From Thelocarpon superellum (lineage: Eukaryota), in the NCBI GenBank assembly GCA_026025795.1, contig JAPEUG010000071.1, forward strand, positions 1 through 56,781: a DNA stretch of 56,781 nucleotides, read 5' to 3'. The translations under genes and the position numbers were made by a program. The notes beneath the pieces were generated by a model, which had not been told where the DNA came from, made no database searches, and saw only the letters and a list, made by a program, of their open reading frames with translations. Numbering within the stretch: position 1 is the first letter of the stretch; the number at the start of each line of letters is the position of its first letter. Of the stretch, positions 24,201-35,900 are shown in pieces.

Positions 24201-27099
24201 CGCAGTCGGCCGCACTGGCCGTGGCATAGCCACCGAGCATTCCCGATGCGTTGGCGAGACCGTGGCGGGGACTTTTCGTCATCCTAATTGGGCCGGTGTG
24301 CAACGTCCGTGGCGACCTAGCCCGGTCGTTGTCAGATGCATCCCGTCAAGAAAGGATGATTCTGATGTCAAAGAAATGTCAGGGTAGTTGGACACGACAG
24401 CTGTGTCGTGTCTGACCGGGATCCCGGTTCCGGATGGACGTGGCCCCTTCGGACGCATCGTTCCCGAGGCTGAATGGTCGTGGAGACTCGAGGTGGTCCT
24501 TGGATCGTAGACAAAGTGGAACGTGCCCAACGGCGTCCAGCAAACTGGATGCATGGCCGACACGCCGCAGGACCATTAGCAAGTGGGGACCTCCCGCGAA
24601 GTGCCCTTGTCCAGTCGCCTCCAAGGCTGTGGGATTCTCGGCGATCCGATTTGTAGACCAGAGGCCCCCCGCCAGTGGAATGGATGTTTCACGCGCATTG
24701 ACAAGATGACGTTGCTTGCACCTCGGCGCTGCGCTGAAGCTTCCGCATGATGACCGAGACTCTTCGATGACGAAGCTACGCGTACACGCCGGGAAGGATC
24801 TCATCCTTCCCTTTGATGCTCCGACGCCTCGCACTAGACGACATGATGGGGTGCGATGTAATGCCCAGCCACCGCAAAAGCCACGGCGGAGCCTTATCGA
24901 TTGTCTTCCACTCTCGGGTACGGTGCCGCCGCCAAGCCGATGCGGGTGCCGGGACGGAGACCGCACGACGGCACGGCGGGTCCTTTGACTCGTACGAGGA
25001 GCTAGCAACTAATGGCGGTCGTTACCGAAATCTCTTGTGTCGCCTTTCTCCTTCAGGCCGAAGAGTATTCGTTGCAATACCATCACGTAAGAGGAGGCAA
25101 TGGTTGACCGCCATTGACCTAAACCCGTGTAGCCCGAGATGTGACCCACTTTACTACTGAGCCATAATAGTCCTACTATTGTAGAACTACCAAAACCGGT
25201 ACGTCACAGTGCCGTGAAAATTTCAGAATAAGGAAGGGTCTACCGACGGTCCATCCTCCTGTTAACGACACGAGGTATGCACCGCCGCCTAGTGGGAACA
25301 CGGTCAATGGAGACGAGGTCGACCCGTTGTTCTTTGTCCATTCCCACCAAAATGTGGATCGCCCATACAAGCCTTCATTTTCGGGGAGGAAAACTCTTTG
25401 CGACGGACGACATTTAGCGTACGAACTCATCGTCGAATGTGGGATAAAGGTGACTTGGCTTCACGAGGGATGTGCTCTCTGTCAACGACTTCAAAGAAAA
25501 GCTCGAATCCTCTCCCCGGCGAATCCGCGAGGCTTGACCCGATCTCCTTGCCCAGAGTGGTATGGAAGGTGGCCAATTTGGAGCGGACCACTTCGTGAGA
25601 AAAGTTTGTTTGAACGCCGGGTCTGCACTCCGACGCACATCAGTCCTCCGATTACGATCCCCTCCCATAGCTTTCGATTCCCGCCAGGCATCAGAAGAAA
25701 GACCGATGTTCTGTCAGCCTCTGGATCTGCGAGGTTCCCCATGACCTCGGTCCCTAAATGATGGGAGACCCATAAACAGGTCGTTGTTCACGAGGGACGA
25801 CTGAAATTTCCGTAACAGCACGTAGAGTGCGTGGATGCAAACTCGGAGTCACTATGAATGATTTGAAGGACAGGATTCTGTGACAAGGTGAATGTAGATA
25901 CTCTACCTTGGCGACGCTGCGGCTCATTGCTTCAGCATGTGCCAGCACAAACCCGCTTGATGACATCTCTATAGTCATACTTGTTCCATAGTAATAATAT
26001 TAAAACTCCGACATCGATTAAAATATTCAAGTCGCAGAGTTCGTGAAGTTGCGCACGTGAGACGTACTCGCGGTTTACAGCTCCGAAACACAGCTCTCGT
26101 CAGCGAATCCCACCTACACGCCGTGGCTTGGATTTCCCGAACCGGAGCTCGGTTGACTGCTCCTTGCCTCGTTCTGACCTTCCTGACGGGATTTCGCTGT
26201 ATGATCTTTTTCAGACAGGCTACATTCCGCCAGGTTTACGCGACAAGTGAGGGCGTAAGCAGATGAGTGGGTAAGACAGGTGATATGGAACATCAGCACA
26301 CGTGCGGCCCAGTCATCCTAGGGCAAGGATCTGATGTCCGAAAGGAATACGTTGATGATAACCCCCGACCAGGCTTGTTCTCGGCTCTGTTCAGCGCTGA
26401 CGGGGGAGTGTTATTTGGGGCGCCGCTCGGAAGGTCGTGCAGCACATCGAGCCAATGATCTGTTGGCGAGAGGGAAAGGCCCCCACCAACCTCGGGGCTC
26501 CCTCGGCAGGGTGGGGCGCAGCGAACACTAAGTGGTAGTACCACACTAGGGTAAGGTGGATGTCTTGCCTTTCATTGGTCTATCCGCAATATACGTTCAA
26601 TTTCCACGTCGGACTGAGGTCAACATCGCCGTTCCACTGGAGCAAGCGTGTGTGGAGACACGGACCACGGAGTACGCGCTCAGCTGAAAGAGTGCTCTTC
26701 CAAGCTCAGGCCGAAGCCGGGGACAGCGCACCACGCGTGCCGGCGGTGCCTGCGTGGACACATGTCCGCCATACACCCGTGCAACGTAGACCATCTGCAC
26801 CGGACCGAGGACGATCGAAGTGAGTTGTGGTGGGGCGGTGCCCTGCCCGGCAAATCCCCGCGGGGCGGGGTCCGTCAGCGGAGGTAAGATGGGGAGGCCA
26901 GATAGAGCAGTGGCGATGGCAGTGGCCCCTGCCGCCCGCACTCCCAGCATCCTCTGGATGCGACTCGCCGTTTCTGCTTTTGTTCTTTCTCCGGAGTACC
27001 TGGACATCCTAAGCATGTCATCCATCGATCGTGCGTTGGCCGTCGCTGGATCTCGAGATGGGCCGCAACCGGCCAGACGAGGCTCGTCCTCCAACCATC

Positions 27100-29353
27100 A
27101 TGACCTTCCTCCAGGTCTGGCTCATGCTCCTCTTCCTCCTCGTGAGCGGGAGTGGAGCCTCCCCGGCCAGCCCAAGTCCGATCGTGGTCCCTCCTAGTCA
27201 GTATTGGTGCGCCGAGCCTTCTCAATCCCCCTCGCTGTGCCGCTGCCGCTGCTGGTGACGAGATGGATGCTGATGGAATGCTGCGTCGTAGGGATGGGGA
27301 TGATGGAGCGTGGTCGTCATTCTCCTTCCGGGTCGGCACGCCGGCACAGCAGGTACGCCTCTTGCCATCAACCGCGGGGCAAGCTACGTGGGTGGAGATG
27401 TCGCAAGCATGTCCCCCCCTCAGCAACGCGAGCGCCTTCTACAATTCCAGCTGCTCGGACTCACGAGGCGGCTTATTCAATCTGAACGCATCCACGACGT
27501 GGGATGATCAGAAGTTCTGGAGCCTGGCCCTGGAGACGAATCTGGGCTACAGCGGCACCGGGGAATACGGATTTGAGCGAGTCGGGCTGGGGGTATCCAA
27601 CGCGAGCGGCCCCACGTTGGACCATCAGGTGGTGGCGGGGATCATCACGTCAGAGTATTGGGTGGGGATGTTTGGCGTCGGTCCCAAGCCCACCAATTTC
27701 TCGACCTTTGACGACCCCCAGCCAAGCTTTTTGTCGACTCTGAAAGCGCAGAACTTGATCTCAAGTTTGTCCTACGCCTATACCGCGGGTGCCAAGTATC
27801 GTGCGTCTTGTTCCCCATCATCATCAGCCCCCGTGCAACTTTCTAACGCACGACAGAGCTGGCGGGCATCTTTGGTAGCTTGATCTTTGGAGGCTATGAC
27901 ACGGCCCGCTTCACGCCAAACGGTCTGTCGATTGCCTTTGCGCCAGATGTTTCACGCGACTTGGTGGTCGACTTGAAAAACATCGCGCTCGTCGACGGAA
28001 GTGGCCATAGCAGTCCCCTGCTGACGACGTCCATCCTCGCGTTTGTCGACTCGACCATCCCGTACATCTATTTGCCGACGGACGTATGTGCGCAATTTGA
28101 GGAAACGCTAGGTCTGGTGTGGGACAATACGAGCCAGCTCTATCTGGTCAACGATAGCCTCCATGAAAGCCTGGTGGCGAAGAACCATGAGTTCATCTTC
28201 ACCATTGGAAACGTGGGCGTCGACGGACCGAATGTTAACATCAAATTGCCTTATGCCAGTTTCGACTTAGTTGCCCAGTTTCCCCTGGTGCCCAACGCCA
28301 CTCGTTACTTTCCGCTAAAGCGCGGGGCGGATAGCACTCAGTACACGCTGGGACGGACATTCTTGCAAGAAGCGTATGTCATGGTCTCGCGGTGACCTGC
28401 GTACAAGACTGATCAAGTGCAGGTATCTGATCGTGGATAATGAACGTCAGAACTTCTCCATTTCGCAGGCCGTCTTCAATGAAAGTGCGCAGCAGAACCT
28501 CATTACGATCGCGCCCAATGATGGCCTCACGGGCGCCTCCAACCCATCTTCGGTCCTGAGCAAGGGTGACATGGCAGGCATTGTCGTTGCGGCCGTTGCT
28601 TTCACCGTGGTCGCGTTCCTTGCCGTCGCCTTCCTTATGCGAAGGTGGCCATTCGCCTGGCGACGAATCAAATCAGACGAGGCGGAAACGGGATCGATGC
28701 AGAAAACGCACGAACTGGAAGACGCCGACAAGGGCACCCGGATGGAATTGTCGTCGTCGCCCGATCTCAAGGACCACAAGTCCGTCGCAGATCTGTACGG
28801 CCACTATCATCCCAGCCGTGGTATAAGACGACACGAAGTGGATGGGAAGCACAAGGTGGAACTCCCAGGACATAACCACGTGGCGGAGATGGGCCAGCCA
28901 CCGGCGGAATTGATGGACTACAGCATGTGCCAAGAGCTGGACAGCCGGCCCATCTCCTTCATCCCCAATCCGCTCCGGCACTATCAAGTCTCAGAGGAAG
29001 AAGAAGCGACGGAGCAGACAGGGGGCAGGGAAGGAAGTGAGGAGGGTGAAGGACAAGGAGAAGAAGAAGGAGAAGAAGAAGAAGGAGAAGAAGAAGAAGG
29101 AGAAGAAGGAGAAGAAGAAGGAGAAGAAAAAGGAGGAGGAGAAGAAGAAGAAGAAGAAGAAGAAGAAGAAGAAGAAGAAGAAGAAGAAGAAGAAGAAGAA
29201 GAAGAAGAAGACGAAGAAGACGAAGAAGACGAAGAAGACGAAGAAGACGATGAAGACGATGAAGTACTCACCGGACCTCCCCCGACCCCATTCACCCCCG
29301 CTCCAGTCAGTCCGATTCGACGCTCAGATCCTCCATACGAAGGCGCCATATAG
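27100..29353 (+). CDS. Type-I membrane A1 (pepsin-like) aspartic protease homolog, probably catalytically inactive; 4 exons
   Basis: Signal peptide MTFLQVWLMLLFLLV; DGAWSSFSFRVGTPAQQVRLLPSTAG; LIFGGYDTARF; AFVDSTIPYIYLP; YTLGRTFLQEAYLIVDNERQNFSISQA; TM AGIVVAAVAFTVVAFLAVAFL-MRR; acidic tail. Confidence 0.88.
29050..29264 (+). repeat. Coding GAA/GGA/GAC trinucleotide microsatellite, including a perfect (GAA)23 at 29141-29209
   Basis: Read directly from the sequence; encodes a poly-Glu/Asp tract. Confidence 0.95.
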
Positions 29354-29775
29354 ATGGGCCGCAGCGCATTGTGATTGCAACCTCTTCCACACTCTGCATA
29401 GGGTCAGTGTCGATGTTCCTTCACGCCCTTTTTGGATTATTGGATCACTTGATGGAGCATTTTTAGCGGATAAGAGAGGGGGGGGGGGGAGGACGGAATG
29501 GGAGGAAAGGGGGAAAGGAAGGAGGCGCATAGGTGTCAACAGTGCCGTAAAGAATTTGATTGATTTGAGGTGTAATACTTACACACCCTTCTTGGTTTAA
29601 ATGGTATCCACTCCACCTGGCCATTATAGACATACAGACATGTATTGTTATGGACGCATTCACCAGTGCCCGTCCAATCCTATGCTATTTGTCGCCGTCG
29701 CTGGTGGTATGGTATGTTATGTCCAAGACGTGCAAGAAGGAGGGAAGGGAAGGCGCGATCGTAGTATCGACGTTC

Positions 29776-29865
29776 ACCTCCACTCTCACTCCCAATCCCA
29801 CTCCCACTCTCGCTTCCGCTTCCGCTTTCGCCTTCGCCTTCGCCTTTGCATTCGCATCCGCTTTC
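29776..29865 (+). repeat. Graded hexamer microsatellite (CACTCY to CGCTTY/CGCCTT), ~15 units, just 3' of the peroxin stop codon
   Basis: cacctc cactct cactcc caatcc cactcc cactct cgcttc cgcttc cgcttt cgcctt cgcctt cgcctt tgcatt cgcatc cgcttt. Confidence 0.75.
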
Positions 29866-29868
29866 AGA

Positions 29869-31413
29869 TCAAGTCCTATTGACGGCAACGCGGCGGATAG
29901 GAGTCTGTTGAACGAGACGCACCCACCGTCTCCGTCGCCAGGATCCCTTCTTCGTGGCGAGCGACGACGCGGCCGGGACCTTCCGCCTGCCCGTGCTGAT
30001 GTCACTGTCCTCTGATCCCTCGTCGTCCGACATCAGATCGTAGACCCATCGCTGTCCCTCCGTCTCCACCTCCACGCCCGTGATGAGTCTTTCTTCGACC
30101 CAGTCGCTGCTCAGCAGATCTAGAGTCCACTTTTTGTCGCTCCATTGCCACCCGCCCGGTGGCTGGACGTCTTCGAAGAAGCGTGTCCCATTTGGTCGAC
30201 TCCCAGTGATGCGTGCCGGGGAGAGGGGCTCGTAGGGCGAGGGTGAGAAGACCCATTCCTCCCACTCGCCGGCGCCGCTGCGGCGCTGGAGTTCGAAGAC
30301 TTCGACCTCGCGCGTCTCGGGCGAGGCGTCGAGCAAGATGTCGTTCTCGATCCAGGCCGTGAGCCAGCTCTTGGCCCGACGTTCCTGGGGACGCACGTGC
30401 TCTCTGTGGACGGAGACGACCATGCGTTGCACCGATGGGTGACCGAGCGCCGTGCTAAGCCAGCCTGCCCCCAGAAACATGGCCCGCCATGGTAGGAGGT
30501 GTGAAGTAAGGAACAGAGCGCCGGCGAGGGCAGCGAGGAAGAGGAAGATGGCGGAGCAGAGGGATTCGTTGGCGAAGTTGGTCAACGGGGCGACTAGGTT
30601 GACGATATGGTCGTGTCCGACGGCAAAGTCGTCCATGCTGTTCTGTAGGTCGCGCAGGTTCCGGAAGAAGTCTTTGCTCATCTCGCTGACCGGCTTCACG
30701 CTGGGCGGTGGGGCGATAGCCGGACCGGTGGCATGGTAAGAGGTAACGGGGAGAGTGGTGGGAGGCGGCGGATGGCGGACCACGAAGGAGGGGACCATGA
30801 TGGAAAGGAGGACGGCCAGGATGGGAAGGATAGGCAGAAGATAGGGATTCAGGCAGACAAGAGAGTAGACGGCCAGGAAGGACCAGGTGTGAGTCGGCAC
30901 TCGCCATGATAGCAGCCGGATCATACGGTTCTGGAAGACAAAGACAACGCCGATCCGGGCGTTGAACCGACGAAAGTTGCTGGTCATCAGGGGAAGGCTG
31001 AAGCTAGGCCGCACCAGTCCCTTGTCGGCAAGAGCGGAGTCGGCGACTGAGGCGCTGGAATCCATGTCCTCCGACGGGATGATCTGCTGGAGAATCCTGA
31101 ACAGCGTGTGTCAGTCGTCATCCAAACAACCATTTCGTCGATGGAAGCCCCTCTAGGGGTGGAAGGGGTAATACCGGGCGAACAAGCGATCCTGGAGGCC
31201 GACACCCAGTTCAGGCTTGGGATCTTCGGTGGCATCTTGGGGTTCTTGCGGGCGCCCTTTCGTCCAAGAACGCGCAAGGACCTTTTTGAGCTGGCGCCGC
31301 TTGCTGCGCGGCGAGTCTGACGGGGCCGGGTCATCGTCGCTGCCGGATACGGTCAAGAGGGGAACGGGCTCATCCCGGTTGGCGAACGTTTCGATGGTGT
31401 ATTCGGTCGTCAT
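29869..31413 (-). CDS. PEX29: Pex24/Pex28/Pex29-family integral peroxisomal/ER membrane peroxin with a dysferlin-like C-terminus; 2 exons
   Basis: LQDRLFA|.ILQQII, FSLPLMTSNFRRFNARIG, LLSW...TWSFL, DFFRNLRDLQNSMDDF, VEVFELQRR, PPGGWQW, WRRRRWVR. Confidence 0.88.
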
Positions 31414-32985
31414 AATGTAGGCTGAAAGTGGGACATATTCTCCAGATAGGCCGTATCATTCCTACAGGTGATTTTAATCCTTCATCGTCCCATGTCGTGA
31501 CCGGTAGCAAATATACTGAGCCCCATGGACGGTCATCAGGCCTTTCACCGGCATGGCGCGCGCAGCATGTGAGAGTGGCGGACGTCGGTACCGGTGCTCC
31601 TGGTAAGACGCACGTACCGAGATGTGGAGTGGCGGCATGTTCCGTTCGCTTCCCGGCCTTCGGTGTCAGGGGTGTTTCGGTGTTTGGTCCGTGGGTCCCA
31701 AGGCTTTTGTGACGGCGGCCATGCGACCGTACAAATGTCTCGGCACATCAAACCAGCAGAGTGCATTAGTTACGCATTCAGCACGAGCACGAGCAGGAGT
31801 AGAATGCATCGGTAGCCGTCTCAGTCGATGACACGGCATGGCTGTAATCGGTCTAGGAATGTCTCCAGACAGATGCCCCCCGTTTCCTTGGTATAGATAC
31901 GCCTGCCTGGTCTGTCGTGGGTCGCCCCACACTTTCATACAACGGTGTGGTCATGGCGGGCCGTAGGTCCAAATGGGATCGCCCGTCGCGGGACGTCCAC
32001 AGCGCTACCGGATCTCATGGGCGGTGAGGCGCCTTCGGGGTGCATCGTCGGACACATGGCCACCGGCATTTACGACTGGGGTCCAATTGGACGAAATACG
32101 GAGCATCTCACGACGGATAGCGACGAAGCTCTCAGGAGGATCGGAGGAAACAGGCAAGGATAGGCATGGAGACAGCAACCCAGCCCTGAGATTATTGTTG
32201 ATGGAGAGTCATTTGGCTTGCGTGCGTGAGCAGAAGCAGGGAGTCAGGGAGGCGTGAGAGCGGCGGTGCGACCAGACCCGACCGGGCGAGTAGTAAGGGA
32301 GCATGGCAACAAGCGAGTCGAGCCGAACGGCAATGTTCACGCCTCTCGCTTTTACCGCTTGCCGCCCAGACGAGCCCAAGGTGGTAGAGAGGAGCGAGAA
32401 TAGAGCGGCACGAGGGGAGGGCCAGGAACAGGATAGAGGCAAAACTAAAAGCATCACTACCGCTGGTAGGCGATCCTCAGTCGTCCGAAGCCCCAGAGCC
32501 AGAACCCGAGAGCTCGAACGACCAACCCCCCCAAACGACCTCCTTCGTCATTCATCCATCGACGCTGGATGAACTTGCGTCAACTGGATCCCGGTCCAAG
32601 CACCCACGATCGGTCCGGCGTACTGTCCGACCGTCCCGTGTAGCTTGCACAGCCGTCGGATTAGGTCGTCCATCGCAGTGTGCCGATGCCAAGAGCGTAA
32701 TCCTCTGCTGGTCCCCGTCACGCCGCCCATCATCCATGGACGCCCTTTCCACCCCGGGTCCTGTCTGAGCCAGCGCCGGATGCCCATCTCACGGCAAGGA
32801 TGATCTGAACCCGACAGGCCCCAATCACGTCCAGCTCCTGCCACGGCCACTCTTCCCATAATACGCAGCCTGGTGCATCGCCCGCTGCTCGTCCACCCGT
32901 TAAGTTCGACCCACCGCCTGCATCTCGCCAGCCCACGTCCTTGTCGCGTGTTCGCTATCGTCGTGAGCGCGCGCCCCTGGCCGTC

Positions 32986-35900
32986 ATGCCCAAACGGGTT
33001 ACACCACAACCGCATCCCCCGACTGATCCGCCGTGGCACTCCCAATCTCGCGCCTCCAACTCCTCCCGGACGAGTGACTCCGGCTCTGGAGGTAAGTGAC
33101 GTTCCGCGGCCCGGCATGTCTGTCCAGCCTGACCCCCGCCACAGCGGAAGGACCGGCGAGGAAGAGGTTCCAGAGGAGCACCATCGCCAGCGAGGCCCTC
33201 GCCCGTCGACCAAGCGTCACCAGCGCCGCTACCAGGGCTGGAAACGACACACGGACCGCCGTGAATGCCCGGCGCCTGTCCATCAGGGACCCGAAGGCCC
33301 CGTTGGGTCCCCGCCCGGCCGATTTCTCCCCCTCCAAATCGTGAGCCTTCCTCCCAGCCTGATCTATGGCTATCCGTCACCGCTGACCTGATCCTTAGGG
33401 ACAATCCAGGACTACCCGTACCGGTCTTGCGGCCCGCCACCTTGTCAAGGTCGGCGGAGCCGGCACGGGGATCCGCCACGAACAATATACCCTCCCTCTG
33501 TGACCCGACGCCCGGCCCCAACGGGACCGTGGACAATTCCGAGAACGCCATGGCTACCACCGACTTCTTACCTTCCGTGAGCTTTGATGACCTGCACACC
33601 AGCATCGCCTCTAATGAGCTTCGGCTGAGCCAATTTCCCGCGCCTGGGGGCGGAGGAGCCATACTGGCAAGCGAAGGTGGTGAAGGGACTCGCGATGCCG
33701 GGCGAGATCGGCCTGCCGCCGCGGCTGTGACCGCGACCCCTGCGCCCACACGCCTGGCTCGGAGCGACTCGCTGCAGTACCGTCAGCGTATGACAGCCCG
33801 ACCGAACCACCAGCCCGCGTCGGCAACGTCGGCCGTCGAGTCCACGTCGAACCTATCGCTGGCGGGGAGGGCACGACGACAAAGCCACTTCATTCCCAGT
33901 GCCAGCACTGGTGCCACCATCAGCCATCCGCGAAAGTCGATCGGCCCGGGCTTCTTTGATGGCCCGCCACCCAGCAGGGCCGTGCACGCTGGACGTCCGA
34001 CGCTGACAACCGTGGGAGCGCGAAGTCTATCGGACGACAAGTCTGCTGCCCGGCCTGCGGGGATGTCGCGCATCATCCTCAACGCAGATCTCACCGTGCC
34101 TAGTAGCAGCCGGAGTATCAAGGCCCAGTCCCTGCTGCCCCCCTCTGACTCTGGGTGCTCGACGGCATCGTCCATCACCTTTGATGGTGCCCGGTCTTCC
34201 ATGATCGGCGGCGTGCGGACGCCGGCGAAATCGCCTGGGCGCCGACCCAACTCGCCGCCATCGGCCTCAAAGCGCCTGTCCGTCATGCCCAACCACGCCA
34301 CCGGGCTGGGAGCCCGCACCATCAGCCCGACGGACGCCCGGCGGATGAAGCGCATGTCTATGATGCAGGATCCGCCGCCGCTGCCCACTACCCCGTCCAC
34401 GCCGACGACGCCACTGCCTGATCTGCTGCTGGGGCGGCGATCGGCCGCCCAGTCGCCATCGATGATCCCCCGGAAGAGCGTCACCCCTTCGTCCTCGCGC
34501 ACCACCCCGGATCCGCATCGAAAATCTTACAGCTCCGGTCTCTCAAATTCCTCCAACACCAGCAACACCTCGGTCCGTACATCCACGGGATCCCTCCCAC
34601 AGCGCTTGAGCCAGAACCTGTCCACCTCACGCCTGCCGACGGTGAAGCCCAAGAGCGGTCACTCATCGGCCGGTGCCGACGATGACGAAGAGGTGCCCCC
34701 GGTGCCTGCGATCCCTAAAGCGTATGAGTCGCCAAAAGACAGTGCCAACCGCTCACCATCAATGCCGCGAAAGGCCAGTCTGCCCCTGAGCCTGACCGCC
34801 TTCCCGAGCAGCGCCACGGCGTCAACTCCCACCGCGACCACGCCCGTGACGCCCGTCGAGGAGTCGACGCGGGTAGAGCGCGCCGCACGACCTGCGCCCG
34901 CCGCGGCGCCCGCCGCGGCACCCGCCGCTGTTTCGATGTCCGAGACAGAGGGACGGGCTGGGGTCACACCGACCATGCCGCGGAGGACAGGGCCGCCGTC
35001 GCGACTGCCGCCGCTGAACCTCCAGCCACTGAGTACCCCGACCGTGGCAAAGGTGGCTGCCCTGAACGACCCCCAAGCCGCCACGAGCGAGAAGGGCCGA
35101 TGGACGCCTCCGCCGCCGCGGCCGCACGCCAAGACGCCCAGCAGCCCGCTGACTGCTTCTAAAGCCACCTTCTCACAGAGTCACCGCGACGACGTCTTTC
35201 CCGCCTACCGCACCGCCCGCGCCGAGTCGGCCATGGTCCAGGCTGCCGGAGACAGTCCGCCCTCGGGCTTGGCCGACAACGATGATCTGCGCTCGGGTCG
35301 GCACACCATGACTCCCTACGCCTCTTCCTCCCTGCCCAAGGCGAGTTTGGATCTTGGTCACTCGACCACCACCGATCGCGTCGAGCGTGACCGCGATGAG
35401 CTGAGCACGGCCGAGCTGATCGCCGAGGCTCGCGTCGCCCGCCTTGGCGGTCTCCGCGGTCAAGCATCTAGCATCACGTTGCATGAGTCATACGCTCGCC
35501 CGGCTAGTCCGCGTGAAGCCGAGCCGCCGTCGCCGGCGACATCGCTGCGACAGAAGCTCGGTCTCGGCTTCCGGCGGAACTCGACGAAGAGCCTACTGGC
35601 AGGTCCGGAGCAGGATTCGCAACAGACGCCGCAGTCGGCCAAGCACGACGAGATGCCACCGCCGCGCTTCCCGGCCTCGGCTACGTGGTCCGACGCCAAC
35701 ACGAGCGCCACTGTGCCGAACCTGTCCGTCAAGACGACGCACCTCCAATCGCGTCGCCGCCAGAGCTCCATCTCAAACCTCACCAACGGCCACTCGCGCA
35801 TCCTCAGCGATAGCTGGAGCAATCGCGCCAACATCCGAGCCTCTAAGGACGATGCTACTCCAGTATCGGCCGTCTCAGCCGCGTCGGACCCTTCGCCCAC

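Noticed and set aside
28984..29600. Poly-Lys (29037..29600 +) and poly-Ser (28984..29349 -) ORFs
   Set aside because: These are alternative readings of the GAA microsatellite within the protease-like gene.
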